This document shows, in pieces, positions 1 through 14,560 of a stretch of 64,000 bases of DNA. The stretch is from Eledone cirrhosa (lineage: Eukaryota): contig OZ024742.1 in assembly GCA_964016885.1 (NCBI GenBank), positions 326,306,001 through 326,370,000 of the forward strand. The letters run 5' to 3'. The notes below the pieces were generated by a model. The model saw only the letters and a list, made by a program, of their open reading frames with translations, did no database searches and was not told where the DNA came from. Position 1 is the first letter of the stretch, and each line of letters opens with the position of its first letter. A program made the position numbers and the translations under genes.

Positions 1-481
1 ATTAATCGCATATTCTTATATTCATTTTTTTTATTTTTTTTATTAATGTTTACCCATTATTATGGAGTTGTACTTATCTTACAAGTAACATGATCGGAGA
101 CAGACTTCAAACGAGGAAGGTCATTTTAGTTATTACAATACACAAAAAATGTTATATTTACTTTTTATGTATCATTCAATTACGGCTTTCAGTCGCATTC
201 TGAAGAGTTTCAACTATATTTACCATTTCATTCAAGTTCAATTATTCACTAATCACATTCAAAATATCAGCTGGCCACCAATACCGAATTTATATGAGTT
301 TTAAACCTGTAGCTAGATACATAAACAAAGAATCATTGTGAAATGGCGGAATTGAGGGTAGCAGAGCTTTAGAGTAGTGCTGAACACCTTCGTTCTGCAT
401 CTATTCAATTTTTCCATTTCCAGGTGAAATTTATTTGATAAATTCATTAACATATGCCAGCCCACCAACAATTAGCAATTT

Positions 482-798
482 GTATTGGAGCTCTGAAATA
501 GCGATGTACGTATTGCATATTTAATAATATACTGTATGTTTATTTAAGAATCCAGCTTCTACAGCTTCTACATCTCACAGCAAAAACAAAGAGGCATATA
601 TAAGCACGAAGACAGCTTAACAGCGAGAAACGTGTCGCTTATATCCCTTTGTTTTGCTGAAGCAAGGTATGTGACTTTAGTCACAACCTTAAATTCATAA
701 CCAAAGGCATTCAAAATGTTGTTAAATAAACATACAGTATATTATTGAATATACGATATGTATATTCATAAATATATATATATATGAATATACATATC

Positions 799-803
<5 letters not shown>
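482..803. mobile_element. Family K element 3' ends in inverted arrangement
   Basis: 482-547 is the reverse complement of the K end (aaacatacagtatatt...atcgctatttcagagc) also seen at 26045-26122, 27700-27738 and 28165-28244. The opposite arm is at 722-770, and 751-770/784-802 form a small palindrome across (TA)n. Confidence 0.6.
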
Positions 804-836
<33 letters not shown>

Positions 837-1072
837 GATCGAGTATCGAAAAATCGGCGCACGAGTTCACGATAAACAATATTCGAAATGAGCGGCAGAG
901 GGCTCAATAATTCAGATGAATCAGAGCTATAACTATCGTTAAAATACCGTCACACATAGAACAAGTCTAAAATCAACCATACGATAAAAAATCGATAATA
1001 GAAGATTCGGGACAAACAGATAAAAGATATCAATAAAACAATACATCAATAATTTAATATATATATATATAT

Positions 1073-1298
1073 AAGAGATGTCAACATGAATGGACCTGTT
1101 AATTTTATCTAAAGACATTTTTTCTAATTCCAACCCGCCCATCCTCTCAATCTATCTTATTTCTCATTCTTTCTTCTGATGAAGGACTAGCGTCCGAAAC
1201 GTTCTTTGAGACCCTCTTCCTGTTATATCAAGCGTTACCCTAATATATCCTTTCCAAATACTGTACCGATTTTGTTGTTATTTCTGTTAACCTTTTAC
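1073..1298 (+). mobile_element. Family A hammerhead-bearing short element, stem I disrupted
   Basis: ctgatga-a-ggac-tagc-gtcc-gaaa-cgtt at 1176-1203. Homologous to 29065-29288 and 40893-41089; flanked by (TA)n and (CA)n. Confidence 0.75.
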
Positions 1299-1310
1299 AC
1301 ACACACACAC

Positions 1311-1346
<36 letters not shown>

Positions 1347-1349
<3 letters not shown>

Positions 1350-1520
1350 AAATGGAAACAGAAATAACAAAGCAAATTAAGAAATATATTATTAGTTTTA
1401 CGCTTGATATAGTTGGAAAATGGTCTTAACGTTTCGGACGCTAGTCCTCCATCAGAACTTATAATGAGAAAAGAAAGAAGAAATGGTAAGATTGAAGACA
1501 CAGGCAAGACGGAAAAAATA
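1347..1520 (-). mobile_element. Family A element, diverged, tail-to-tail with 1073-1298
   Basis: Minus strand reads ttctgatggaggactagcgtccgaaacgttaagacc (about 1422-1457), with A9 changed to G. Confidence 0.7.
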
Positions 1521-1527
1521 TACGTAT

Positions 1528-1634
<107 letters not shown>

Positions 1635-1939
1635 TATATATAAATATATATCTTATTTTAATAAATACCGAAGATTTATCGTTATCTCTTAACTCCATTA
1701 TGAACTATGAACATATTTACAGCAGCAACAACAATAACTACAGTGAGAACAACAAAGGCAAAAGATGTGGTTGATATTAAATTGTGCATTTTTTTTAGAA
1801 TTACTGGAATACTTTCAAGAATTATGAAAACGTTCTTTGATTTTGTTTTCTTAAAAACCATTATTCGTGTTCGTATTATTAATGCCTCTGTTTTCGCTGT
1901 TAATATACATTATAGCAAACTTTACCCAACACCCACCCG

Positions 1940-1990
<51 letters not shown>

Positions 1991-2069
1991 AGAACATATA
2001 TATAGATATATATATATATATATAGTCACGAAACATAAGTCAATTGCATGAACTCATAATCCTTTATTT

Positions 2070-2125
2070 ACTGCTATATATATTTCGATGAGAGCCATTG
2101 AATAGCTATGACCTCATCAGGCAGT
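2070..2125 (-). ncRNA. Minimal type-I hammerhead ribozyme motif (family B, minus arm)
   Basis: Minus strand: actgc-ctgatga-ggtcatagctattcaatggctctcatc-gaaa-tatata-ta-gcagt. Confidence 0.75.
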
Positions 2126-3287
2126 TAGTCAGTTCTTAGATATGCCAGTTCTGTGTTTATAGTGTTGATGGTATCAGAGCCTTGAGACATATGAGCTTGT
2201 TAGGAATAATTTGATGTTGTCAGCAGGAATAGTCTTAATTCTCATTGGTCAGTTTGTAGATGCTAGTAGGGTTGGTATTTGACCTCAAAGAGGCAGGTGG
2301 TGTTGTAAAGTTCAAACCGTCAGGCAAGATGACAATAGTTCCATATGACTGATTTTCACAAAAAGCATTCCTGGTCAGATATATATTCAATTAAGATTAA
2401 TAGTATGAAATAGATACTACAGGTCATTCTTAAACTGAGGAATTTATGTGGAGTGGTGCTACTGAATATTATGGTTAGAGTAGAAAATTTACAAATAAAA
2501 AGAGCTATGTAGGTTGGCTTGCACATACACTCACACCCACCCCCACAGACACACACACACATCCACATATACAAATTGAGGAATTAATGTGGGTGGTAAT
2601 ACTTAAAATAATGGTTAGAGTCAAATACTTAGATAGTTTAGAAAATCTAGAAATAAAAGGACTTATGTTGGTTGACTTGTACATACACTCACACCTACCC
2701 CTCAGACACACACACATCTAAACACAAAAATCCATACAGGTGTGTATATATATATATGTACGCACAAGTGCATATATATATACAACAGAGGCCCCCAAAT
2801 CCAAGTATAAGTATTACCACCCCACATTAATTCCTCAATGTGTATGTGTGGATGTGTGTGTGTGGATGTGGGGGTGGGGGTGAGTGTATGTGCAAGCCAA
2901 CCTACATAAGTCTCTTTATTTGTAAATTTTCTACTCTAACCATAATATTCAGTAGCACCACTCCACATAAATTCCTCAGTTTAAGAATGACCTGTAGTAT
3001 CTATTTCATACTATTAACCTTAATTGAATATATATCTGACCAGGAATACTTTTTGTGAAAATCAGTCATATGGCACTATTGTCATCTTGCCTGACGGTTT
3101 GAACTTTACAACACCACCTGCCTCTTTGAGGTCAAATACCAACCTACTAGCATCTACAAACTGACCAATGAGAATTAAGACTATTCCTGCTGACAACATT
3201 AAATTATTCCTAACAAGCTCATATGTCTCAAGGCTCTGATACCATCAACACTATGAACACAGAGCTGGCATATCTAAGAACTGACTA

Positions 3288-3343
3288 ACTGCCTGATGAG
3301 GTCATAGCCATTCAATGGCTATCATAGAAATATATATAGCAGT
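3288..3343 (+). ncRNA. Minimal type-I hammerhead ribozyme motif (family B)
   Basis: Stem I actgc/gcagt; CTGATGA at 3293-3299; stem II atagcca/tggctat; GAAA at 3327-3330; palindromic A-tatata-T; AUA site. AATAAA follows at 3345-3350. Confidence 0.75.
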
Positions 3344-3474
3344 AAATAAAGGATTATGAGTTCATGCAATTGACTTATGTTTCGTCACTATTATAACTCC
3401 GGAACGTATATCTTCGTTGAGTGCTCCCTATCCGCATACTGAAGCACTGGATTTTACCAACACTTACATTCTTG

Positions 3475-3531
<57 letters not shown>

Positions 3532-3533
<2 letters not shown>

Positions 3534-3714
3534 GTTTCTACTTTTGGCACAAGGCCAGCAATTACCTTGTGCATTACTGGTACTTTATTTTATCGACACC
3601 GTAAGAATGAAAGGCAAAGTTAACCTCGGCGGGATTTGAACTCAGAATGGCAAGGGCCGTAACTATATGCGTCAAAGTATGGCGTCCGACCCTCTACCGA
3701 TATTGCCAATCCAC
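3532..3714 (-). mobile_element. tRNA-derived SINE, major family
   Basis: On the minus strand: A-box-like tggcaatatcgg, B-box-like gagttcaaatccc, central ctttgcctttcat..gtcgataaaataaagtacc, and 3' gccttgtgccaaaagtagaaac. More than 15 copies in the window. Confidence 0.85.
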
Positions 3715-5178
3715 TATATAGTTGGACCCAACTGATGTCCGAGTACGGCTACAGTAAAGACTAAAATAAATTAAAAGATAATATAAACAGACATTAACAA
3801 AAACATGTTATTGGTGTTTCTAATGTGGATGCCGCTGATAAGCAATGAATCAGAAAATGAAGGTCTTCTTCAATATGGCTAACATGATCACAGTCCTCTG
3901 CATTTAGTAGATCACTTATAAGTGCATTATATGTTTATGATGCAGCAAAGAATCGTCGGATCTGAAAGAGCCTAACTCTTGTTCGATAACGTATATATAT
4001 ACACGCCAACGTCGGTGTTGGTGCATATATTTAATAAAACCACTGCATAGAAGATAGCAAACAAAGTCTACGCTAGAAGGTCACCCTGTTTCACGCCTTT
4101 CTCAAATGAGAAAGGGTCTAGTTCTCCATTGTCGCAAACCCACCTTCTAATGTAATCACACAATGAACGCATAAGCCCTGTAACCTTCTCAGGGAAACTC
4201 ACCTTCAACTCTGACCAAGTAGACTTCTGATGAAAACCGCGACAGATTTTTTTTTCGTAATGACTCTATGTATCTCAAAAACATTATCAAATGCGACGAG
4301 AGTTTTACACTTTGGACAATTTTGTTTGCTATTCCTTGAACAACTGCGATGATTGAACATCGTAGATGTTTCACCTTTTATTGGCTGATGTGCCATTTTC
4401 CTCTCATGTGAAAGTATGGGTGTATGCGTGTGTGCATTTGTTTGTATGTTTATAAGTAGATTAAATACTTGATTAGAAATGCTTCCGCATAACGATTGAT
4501 TGACCAGAGAAAAGATAAGAAGTAATAAAATGAAATATGTTGAGGGAGATGAGATGAAATTAGAGAACTTATTGAAATATAAAACGAAGATGATACGAGC
4601 AGAATGTTTAATTCAAGGAAAGGCGATGATATTCCGATCCTATATAGTAATGTAAATGAAATATGTTAAAACTTTGATCTATCACAGTAACGGATCAAAA
4701 TATTTTTGATAAGTGATGTCTCAGCTTAAAACACCTGGAGAGGTTTTAGATAAACTGGGATTGACGTCATTCGGTGGTCAGAGGAAACGAAAGTACACAC
4801 AGACACACACACACACACATACACACACACACACACACGCACACACACACACACACACATATGTGTGTTTGTGTGTGTGTGTGTTTATGTATAAATTGCA
4901 TGTAGAACGCAGCTCTCAGACCTCTCTGACTCAAACATTTGTTGACACATACAACAGAACTCACAGACAGACACACGCACACACACACACAGAGACACAC
5001 ACAAACACACACACACACATACATACGCACACACACGCACACACACACACACACGCGCAATTTACGCATCTAATTATCCCTTAATGCTTGAATAGATCAA
5101 AATATTAATGTTACGTTCATTTTCTCAACTACTTAATTAAGGGTTGTCCGCACTTTTAAATCGTTTGAACCTGAACTC

Positions 5179-5242
<64 letters not shown>

Positions 5243-5351
5243 GATAGAGAGAGAGAGAGGGGGGGGGGAGATAGATAGATAGATAGATACATAGATAGAT
5301 ACATAGATAGATAGATATAAATATATATATTTCTTTATAAATATATAGATA

Positions 5352-8300
5352 AATTTCTTTATTAGCCACAAGGGCACAAAAGAAGGGGACAAATACAAAT
5401 GGGGAGTTTACATACAGGTATATGAAAATAAAACTATTAATACAATAACAAATAACAATTGAAATCCCCATTAGGGGGGAGGTGTTACACAGGGGTTGTA
5501 CACACCCCGAAAAGTGTACAACCCTCATCTGCAGGAGCACCAAGAGTGTGTACTCCCTTCCTCTCTTCCTCTTTTTCCTCAAACTACAGGCTTATATAGA
5601 GAGAAGGCCCAACCACTCGGGCCCTCTTTGCCACATTCACCCACATTTTATAAAATTTGCTGGGGTACAGCACCTCTCTCTTCATCCTGATTCTTCTTCC
5701 AAAATGACATTTGAAAAAACGAATCAGTTGCTCGCCGGAGAGAAAGGTGTCTGACCTCAGCCCATTTAACTTCGTCCACCATATAACCTCTTTCACCATA
5801 GCCATAACACATAGGAAAACCGCCTCTCCCTCGTTTTTGAAGGAGGGTGGCGGTTTGATCATGACATTGGACTCAGTGGTCAACTGGATTGGTCCCACCC
5901 GCGACAATAGTCGTTCTACATAGCCCCACATGTCGGTAACACCCGGGCAGTGTACAAATGCGTGTGCGACGGTTTCCTCGTCGCGCACGCATCTCGGATA
6001 GATCTTTTTCGAAGGGTCCCTACCCGGGCGCCCGTGTCTGTAGAGCTTGTCTCGAACTGGTAGAGCTCCTCGGTAACACTGCCAGGCCAGGGACATTTGG
6101 AAGTTGTCCATTGGTGTCGCGAAGAAGGTCCTACCGAACAGACTGGCCAGTTCGTCCTCCTCCACGCCTAGAGTTTCTCCGAGCGTGTCGTCGCACTTGC
6201 TGCGAACCAACCCTCTATAGAATGTCGAAGTGGAGTCTCCACTGATCGCCGGGTCTGTTTGCCAGAGGACTGTGAGCGCCTGAGCACATTCGATGTGCCA
6301 GTCGCCCATTTTCCTCGGTCTTTGCTTGACCCAGGTCTGCAGCTAGGTCAGCGAAACAAGTCGTGAGAAGGCTCACCTCACGAAGGGGGCCCACACCGGT
6401 TGTCTGGTGAGGAATACGTGGAGGTGCCGCAGCCTGAGCGCGAGTTTGCGCATCGTCAGCCACGGCGTCCCCAGCCCTCCGTTTGAAGGGTGTTGGCAGC
6501 AGATGGATCTTCTCACCAAAGGAGCCCGTTTCTTTCAAAGGAATTGGAAGAGCGTGCGCTCAATTTTGGTGGGCGTTTTGGTTGGACAAGGCACAACAGT
6601 CAAGCGGTAGTAGATGACGGACGCTATAAAAGTGTTCGCCACCTCCGGTCGACCTTTCAAGGATAGTTTGCACTCGGCTCACTTCTGGGTGAGCGCAAAC
6701 ACCTTGGCCGTCACCTCGTTCCAGTTCTTCTCCACCTGGAGGTCAGGACCAAACCAGACCCCGAGCAGCTTTACCGGTCCTTCCGTCCAGCGTCCGACGA
6801 CGTCATCAGAAGACATCGGTTTGCCTCTCCACGCTCCGAGTTGCAAACCGACGGATTTGTCCTGGTTCAGCTTCGCTACTGTGAACCTTTCGTATTCCTC
6901 CAGTAAGGTGCCGATCTCCCCGATTTGCGAGGTGCTCGATACCATTACTGTAACGTCGTCGGCGTAGGGCGACGCCGCTTTTCGCAGTCCCGGTTCCAAA
7001 GGAATGGCCTGCAGTAGCTCCAATTTCCGCAGTAGTGGCTCGAGAGTCAGTATGTACAGAAGGGAAGAGAGAAGGCATCCATGTCGGATAGATCGCGTGA
7101 TGTGGAACGGCTCCGAGAGGTAGCCGTTCACCTTGACCCTTGAGCAGATGTTGCTGTTGTGCATTGCAGCAATCCAGCCCCTGAACACGGGACCGAAGCC
7201 TGTCGCCTCGAGCACCACATCCAGGTAACGATGGTCAACCTTATCGAAAGCCTTAGACTGATTCAAGTTGATCAGGGCCTCACCGAAGCCGGGTTTACAC
7301 CCTACCCTCTGTATGATGTATCGCATGAGGTGGAGGTTGTCGTGTATGGACCTGGTCGGGATTGCGCATGTCTGCGCTTGTCCCACCAGGTTTTCGACGA
7401 CAAGCACCAGCCTCTTTGCCAACACCTTGGCCAAAATCTGTAACTCTGTGTTCAGCAGAGTTATGGGCCTGAAGTTGCCTATGTCATCCCCCTTGTTCAA
7501 GTCCTTCCTGACTAACGTGATTACGCCCTTGGTCACAGAACTGGGAATTCTCCCGTTTTGCTGCCAGTTGCGGTAGACCGCTTCCAGAAGACCGGAGAAC
7601 AAGTCCGGCATTGCTACGTAAAATTCGTAGGGTAGACCGTCGAGATCTGGAGATTTGCGTTTGCCGCATTGGCTCAGCGCGTCTCCTATCTCAGCGGCCG
7701 AAATCGGCCTTTCGCAGAACTTCGCCTCGCTGTCCGGGAGTCGCGGTAGGCCGTCGAGGTATGAACCGAAATCCATAGCCCCTCCCGGCGCGCCGCCCTG
7801 CCCGAACAGTTGAGCAAAGTGTTGCTGAAAGGCCGCGCACATTTGCTTCGGCTCACGTATGAAGCGTCATTCTTTGTCCTTCAAAGACCGAATCGTGGAC
7901 TTGTTGCCACTTTTCGCCTCCGTCACTCGAGCCCAGCTAACAGCTTTGCCTCCCTCGTTTCCTAGAGAACGTATTTTGCTTCTGACAACGCAGCCTTCAT
8001 GCTTTGCGTCGAAAAACTGGTCCAAGGTCGTTCTCGTCGCTAGCACGCTGGCTACGTTGCCACTCCTAAGTGTTTCTTCTACTTTATCTCCCAGTTCCTT
8101 TTCGGTCTTAATTCTATCTAACACTAATTCTTTACTAAAACCTATCGAGTCTATTCTAACTGCCCCCTTGAGAGAGTACCATCATCTATTGTTGACAATG
8201 GCCCCCGTCAAGTGCTGCTTAACTAAAGTGCTAATCCGTCTACTGTAGGCTTTGCATGTCCGTAACGACAAGTTCAGCTTCCAGTAGCCGGGTCCCTGTC

Positions 8301-8489
8301 TATGAGTTTTGTCAAGGTTGACAAAGCAGGTCACTAATTTGTGATCTGAATAGGCAACCATGAACATTTGTGGACAGCTTAACATGTCCCTATCCTTCTT
8401 TCTAACTAGAACCCTATCTAGGTACGATCTAGATGTTCCGCAGCGATTAGTCCACGTCCACCGTGGCAAAGTCGGAAAATCTAGTCGAT
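5352..8489 (-). mobile_element. 5'-truncated Tx1/L1-clade non-LTR retrotransposon
   Basis: Collinear minus-strand fragments: end of the APE endonuclease (WTW..SYLDRV..SDH, GPGYWKLN), RT, and Cys/His zf-RVT-like motif (RC..EETVAHAFVHC). AATAAA lies at the 3' end. Candidate 16-bp TSD tataaatatatagata at 5336-5351 and 8490-8505. Confidence 0.93.
5584..8469 (-). pseudogene. Disrupted ORF2 (EN-RT-zinc finger) of the Tx1-like LINE
   Basis: RT motifs in ORF 6679-7842: KSPDLDGLPYEFY, NFRPITLLN, NQSKAFDKVDH, RHGCLLS, YADD. Broken by stops and frameshifts into at least 5 pieces. Confidence 0.92.
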
Positions 8490-8587
8490 TATAAATATAT
8501 AGATAGATAGCTATATGCTTATGTGTGTATGTCAGTGTGTTGCAGTTTGAATACTATTAACTAACATTTTTTTTTCTCTCACTTTAG

Positions 8588-8614
8588 TGTTCATGGCTAT
8601 CATTCAGTCATATT
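8588..8614 (+). other. Candidate 27-nt microexon
   Basis: Branch-point-like ctaac, polypyrimidine tract and tttag, then 27 nt open in all three frames, then gtaaga. Confidence 0.3.
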
Positions 8615-8928
8615 GTAAGACATTGCTCCTGTGCAGACCCTCACAATTTGAAATCCCTCGTGGCTTCACTTCCGGTTTATTCTAATTGTTTTTCACACAT
8701 CGATGCACAGATTTTTTTTTCTTTATTCCTAATGATCCACTTCTTTACTATCTTTCACACCTTTTAGACTTTCTGTAATTCCCGTTTCTCTTCCTTGATA
8801 TTTTTTTAATGTCATTTTCAATCTCATTTCTTGTCAAATATATAATTTAATCTCAAACAGCAATCTCTCCATCACTCACTACCTGACTGTTTGACCCAAT
8901 CTGTGAAACTCTTATCACCCTCCTCCTC

Positions 8929-9037
<109 letters not shown>

Positions 9038-9415
9038 TACAAACACGCACACACACCTACATTTATGCATACACATGTGACTTTATGTATGTATATATAC
9101 ATATATGTGTGCATGTATCTTGGCTAGATATGTATATTTATATATATATAAGTACGTGGGTGATTGTGTCATATACAGGCTTTCGCAATTTTTTTATTCA
9201 TCTAGATACTTAACGTTTGCAATATTCCGAAATAATTGCTCCTATATCCATACATACGTTGTAACCTATGATATAGTCATTATCTTTACTTATATTTACA
9301 TAACTGCATCTGACAAGAATGGTTGCCGCGTGTTAAAGTTTTGTCTTGTCTCGATATAGAAATACTGAAGTGTATCTCCTCGTTAGCTTGTAATCCGTAC
9401 ATATTTATGAGGAAT

Positions 9416-9490
<75 letters not shown>

Positions 9491-9561
9491 TATATACACA
9501 CACACATATATATACGAAGACACATATATATACATATTTATATACACACCACACACACACA

Positions 9562-9765
<204 letters not shown>

Positions 9766-11979
9766 TTAAGCCCATGTTCTCTGTATCGCAATATAATCTA
9801 TTCCAAATTCAAAACTAATAAGATAAGCCTTGACAACTTATTTAACTCTTTTATAGTCGAAATTTCAATGTTTTAGCAAATATGTTTTCTGTAGAAATTA
9901 CATTAATATTGATTTGTAATATCGGAACAAGTATACAAATTTTGATTGAAGTTATATTCAATTAGTAAGGACACGTAGCCTAATTGTTTCGATTTTGGTT
10001 TTAAGACCAGAAAAATGCGGTTACGATAACTGCACGGATAACGTGTTTTGTTGTAGAGTACAGGCACTCCATTTCATATTGCCCCAGCTCACTGAACTGA
10101 AATAATTATCTACTAGCACCAAATGGGGGTTACTACTGTAAAAGATGGGTGTCCTATCCAAGGTAGAATCTAGTAAATTAGTGGTTTAAAACAATTTAGA
10201 ACCAAGATACGCTCCGGTTTGATGACCGTCTAGGCTCAAGAAATACATGAATATATAATTGATGTACCAAAGAAAAAATAGCCGAAGACGTCTTGCCCAT
10301 TATTCTATTGACTCTGGAAGGATTATAGGCAAAGTTGGTATTTGAATTCATAACATATAATGCATTGAATATACACTACAAAGTATTTTGTCTAGCTCCC
10401 TAATCAGTGTGTCAATCAGGCAAACATTTCATATTAGCAATTGGATATCGGGGACAACGTGTCGACAACAGTGAGTTACGTAAATTATGTATGTGTGAAA
10501 CAGCTATTTATGTCAACCCTATGAGTTTAATTTCGTTATTTTTCGATGTGTTGTCCTCTGATTATAGGACATCGGGAGATATATTTAGATAAATAATTTT
10601 ACGATGTAGCTTAGATCTTTAGATGAGAATTACTGTTGATTTTATATCTTATAGAAAATTGGTAGCATGTATATATGCGTCTGTGTATGTGTCTAAGAAT
10701 ATATTTCTACAAATATATATAAAAACAAAAGATTAACAATTATTACGATTATGGCATTAAATAAACTTACGCCCGTTTAGTTTGTAGAACAAGAATATTT
10801 CATTCCTGTAAGTATAACTTATCAGAAAAGATCAAATAAAAATAAATAAATACTTTACATGCTTACAAAAATTCCAGAGAGAGAAAAGGATGAAAAACGT
10901 AAACAATAATATTCAAACATTGTAGGAAAAAAACGAAAGAATTTATGGAAGTCTAAAGACGTAATTAAAATTCATGAGTGATACAAAAAAAAATAACGTT
11001 CAGTCGCCATAGATATTTGAGGAACTAAAATGTGATTATATAAAATATAATAACACTAAAAGAAAGCTAGAAGTATACAAATAGATATTATATGTTCTAT
11101 TACATTTAGTAAGTTAGGTTATAAAATTAATATCAATAGAATGTACAGAAGTCTAAGGACGGTCACAGATAGAAATTTAACAATATTGTTTAAATTCGAG
11201 TTAGGGTATAAAAGTTATATGAAACTAATATTCAAGGCGTTGATATATTTAATCACGGTCGACGATTTTGTAAAAGAAAGTGGGAAAAGTTCTATATGGA
11301 CAGGAAAGGGTTATCTCATTTTTAGAATTGAAAGGGATAAAATAGACATAATAATTGTAAACGCTTCCCTCAGACAAAGATTGCATTTAGATTAACGCCT
11401 CCATTAGGTTTTGCAGAGATAATAATAGCCCACATATGAGAGTATCTGGGATCCTACAATTGCAATTAGCTACTGGAATATTAGTATTAAGAGGTGTATT
11501 TACTGCCTTGTTACTGTGAGATAAAGCCTAATTCATATTAAACAACCTAAGAAAGTTATCGGTATCATAAATCTCTTCATTATCATCAAGATCATTATTG
11601 CTATTAAACTCATTATCTCAAATTATGTGATGATTTATTTGTTTATTATAATTAACAGGAATTACATGCTCCGATTTATATTTGTATATTTTTTTTGTAA
11701 ATAGTCAACTAAATTTGTTGCAGTAGAAAATTTTCATTTATTACTCTATAATATTTATGGTTTCGGGAAAAAAACATTTTTTCTAAACTACTAAAAATTA
11801 TTTAGATAGACTTGATGTAATTTGTTCCCTATTTGGGATTATAATTATAGCAATTAATAGATTTGCAATTGTTTCGTTAGACTAACAAGTAAGTTCCATT
11901 CGTTCAAGAATAACTCACCAGAATCGATCAAAAATAAATAAATAACTTACATGCTTCAAAATGTGTGTGTGTGTATACA

Positions 11980-12039
<60 letters not shown>

Positions 12040-12053
12040 AACATATCTATATA

Positions 12054-12089
<36 letters not shown>

Positions 12090-12111
12090 CATACATACAT
12101 ATATATATATA

Positions 12112-12435
12112 TGTCGTTTATGAATTTGTTTAGCAAGATTCATCTGAAAACGTGTGTTGAAACCGATATTGTTATGCTTTGGGAGGGTCATGTTGTCAAT
12201 AAGAAACACACGCACCAGGTGTTTTCACTCGGATTTATTATAAATTAAATTTATAAATTTAAGAATTTATAAATTTCCGGTTGGTTGGTTGGTTCCATAA
12301 TCGGACGGTTGTTCATATATTGTCAAAGTTCTTTCGTCACACATTATGTGACCTCTTCAGCGACTGGGGATTCTTTTCTTTGTTTTGTCCCTCTCCTTTG
12401 TGTTCTGTTCTACGCCATCTTGTTTTTGTGTGTGT

Positions 12436-12440
<5 letters not shown>
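12112..12440 (-). mobile_element. PLE-like 3' end related to family L
   Basis: Shares gatggcgt, gaaagaactttga and atgaccctccc..ataacaatat..gtttc.acacacg.tttca, in the same order, with 30128-30470. Confidence 0.7.
12322..12364 (-). ncRNA. Minimal type-I hammerhead ribozyme motif (family L relative)
   Basis: Minus strand: gtcg-ctgaaga-g-gtcac-ataatgt-gtgac-gaaa-gaac-tt-tgac. Confidence 0.72.
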
Positions 12441-12533
<93 letters not shown>

Positions 12534-12624
12534 TATATATATACACAGTATATATTTATACATATTAGGTGTTTCCGTAGAAAAGGTAAAGGAAAGGAGA
12601 GTGCTCTATGTAAGCTACAGAGCC

Positions 12625-12689
<65 letters not shown>

Positions 12690-13082
12690 GTATATGTATA
12701 TATGCATGATTATGCGCATATGTTTGTATGTGATATATATATATAATGTATTGATAGTATAGTCATCAATTGTCTCCATTGATAATATTTATTCAGTTTC
12801 CTTCTCACTTGTTCATAGCTATGATTATGAGATATTCAAATATATGAACAGATAGTTCATTATACTTTCCTACGGATTTGTTTACCATATACATTATCGT
12901 TATAGCCACGTTATGTATTATGTATGAAATCCTTATTGTGAAGCGCTTTGATTGACCGGCTTTGCTCTCATATAGATATTGCTTTTGATTTGATTATTTC
13001 GGATTGCTTTGTAGTTAGTGATTTGGATTGTTTGCTTACTTCCTTCTGTTATTTCAGGTATATTCTCCATTGTAGTTTCTGC

Positions 13083-13683
<601 letters not shown>

Positions 13684-13722
13684 GTATGTATATATATATA
13701 TATATGTATGTATGTATGTATG

Positions 13723-13859
<137 letters not shown>

Positions 13860-13860
13860 G

Positions 13861-13891
<31 letters not shown>

Positions 13892-13892
13892 G

Positions 13893-13946
<54 letters not shown>

Positions 13947-14402
13947 TATAAGTTGACGGACCCACCATATTTAACAATGCCAGTACCGGCTGTATCTCAG
14001 CGTCCTCCATGGGCAATGTAAGATACATTCCCAGAGTATACACATAGGTATTTGCTACAACACAACACACGTAAAAGTGGTGCCTATAATGGTTCCGGAC
14101 CCAAGTTTCCGCACTGATACAGCAGTAAGGTGCACTGCAACATCCGTCTGCATATATTATGCAACGATGCACAATCGGCTTATGCGGCTTCATCAGCGGA
14201 TATGGCCTAATCAATACCCAATCGATCGACAGAATCCGAACACCAGCCCATGCCGGTCATGACTGTGTGTGACGACTGACACCGTAAAGCGATTAGCAAC
14301 TGGCACCCGATAAGATTCTACCTCTCAACTAGCCACCGATTTACCAATTTTACGTGGCGGCGGGAATCTAAAGGAATCAATCTTTTCGTTCCCGTGTGTA
14401 TG

Positions 14403-14484
<82 letters not shown>

Positions 14485-14487
<3 letters not shown>

Positions 14488-14560
14488 CAAAGAAGGTGTG
14501 GTAAGGTACCGGTGGACCAGAAGGCACCAGAGTACTCGATACTTGGGGTAGTAGAATGGA
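14485..14560 (-). mobile_element. Family G tail-only fragment
   Basis: Homologous to tails at 29417-29496, 41241-41320, 54324-54402 and 61671-61750; lies between (TA)n runs. Confidence 0.65.

Larger units (their letters stand above)
2022..3477. mobile_element. Family B PLE-like insertion: ~580-bp inverted arms plus 3' tail
   Basis: Arms 2022-2605 and 2808-3391 are near-perfect reverse complements. Only the right arm continues into a tail (3392-3477). Bounded by (TA)n on both sides. Confidence 0.85.

Noticed and set aside
4762-4769. CRE palindrome TGACGTCA (also at 40246)
   Set aside because: An 8-mer is expected about once by chance in 64 kb, and there is no promoter context.
5482-8248. Plus-strand ORFs overlapping the LINE
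   Set aside because: Antisense shadows of the GC-richer ORF2.
14141-14201. Possible minus-strand hammerhead (atccg-ctgatga...cggat)
   Set aside because: No GAAA core at the required position.
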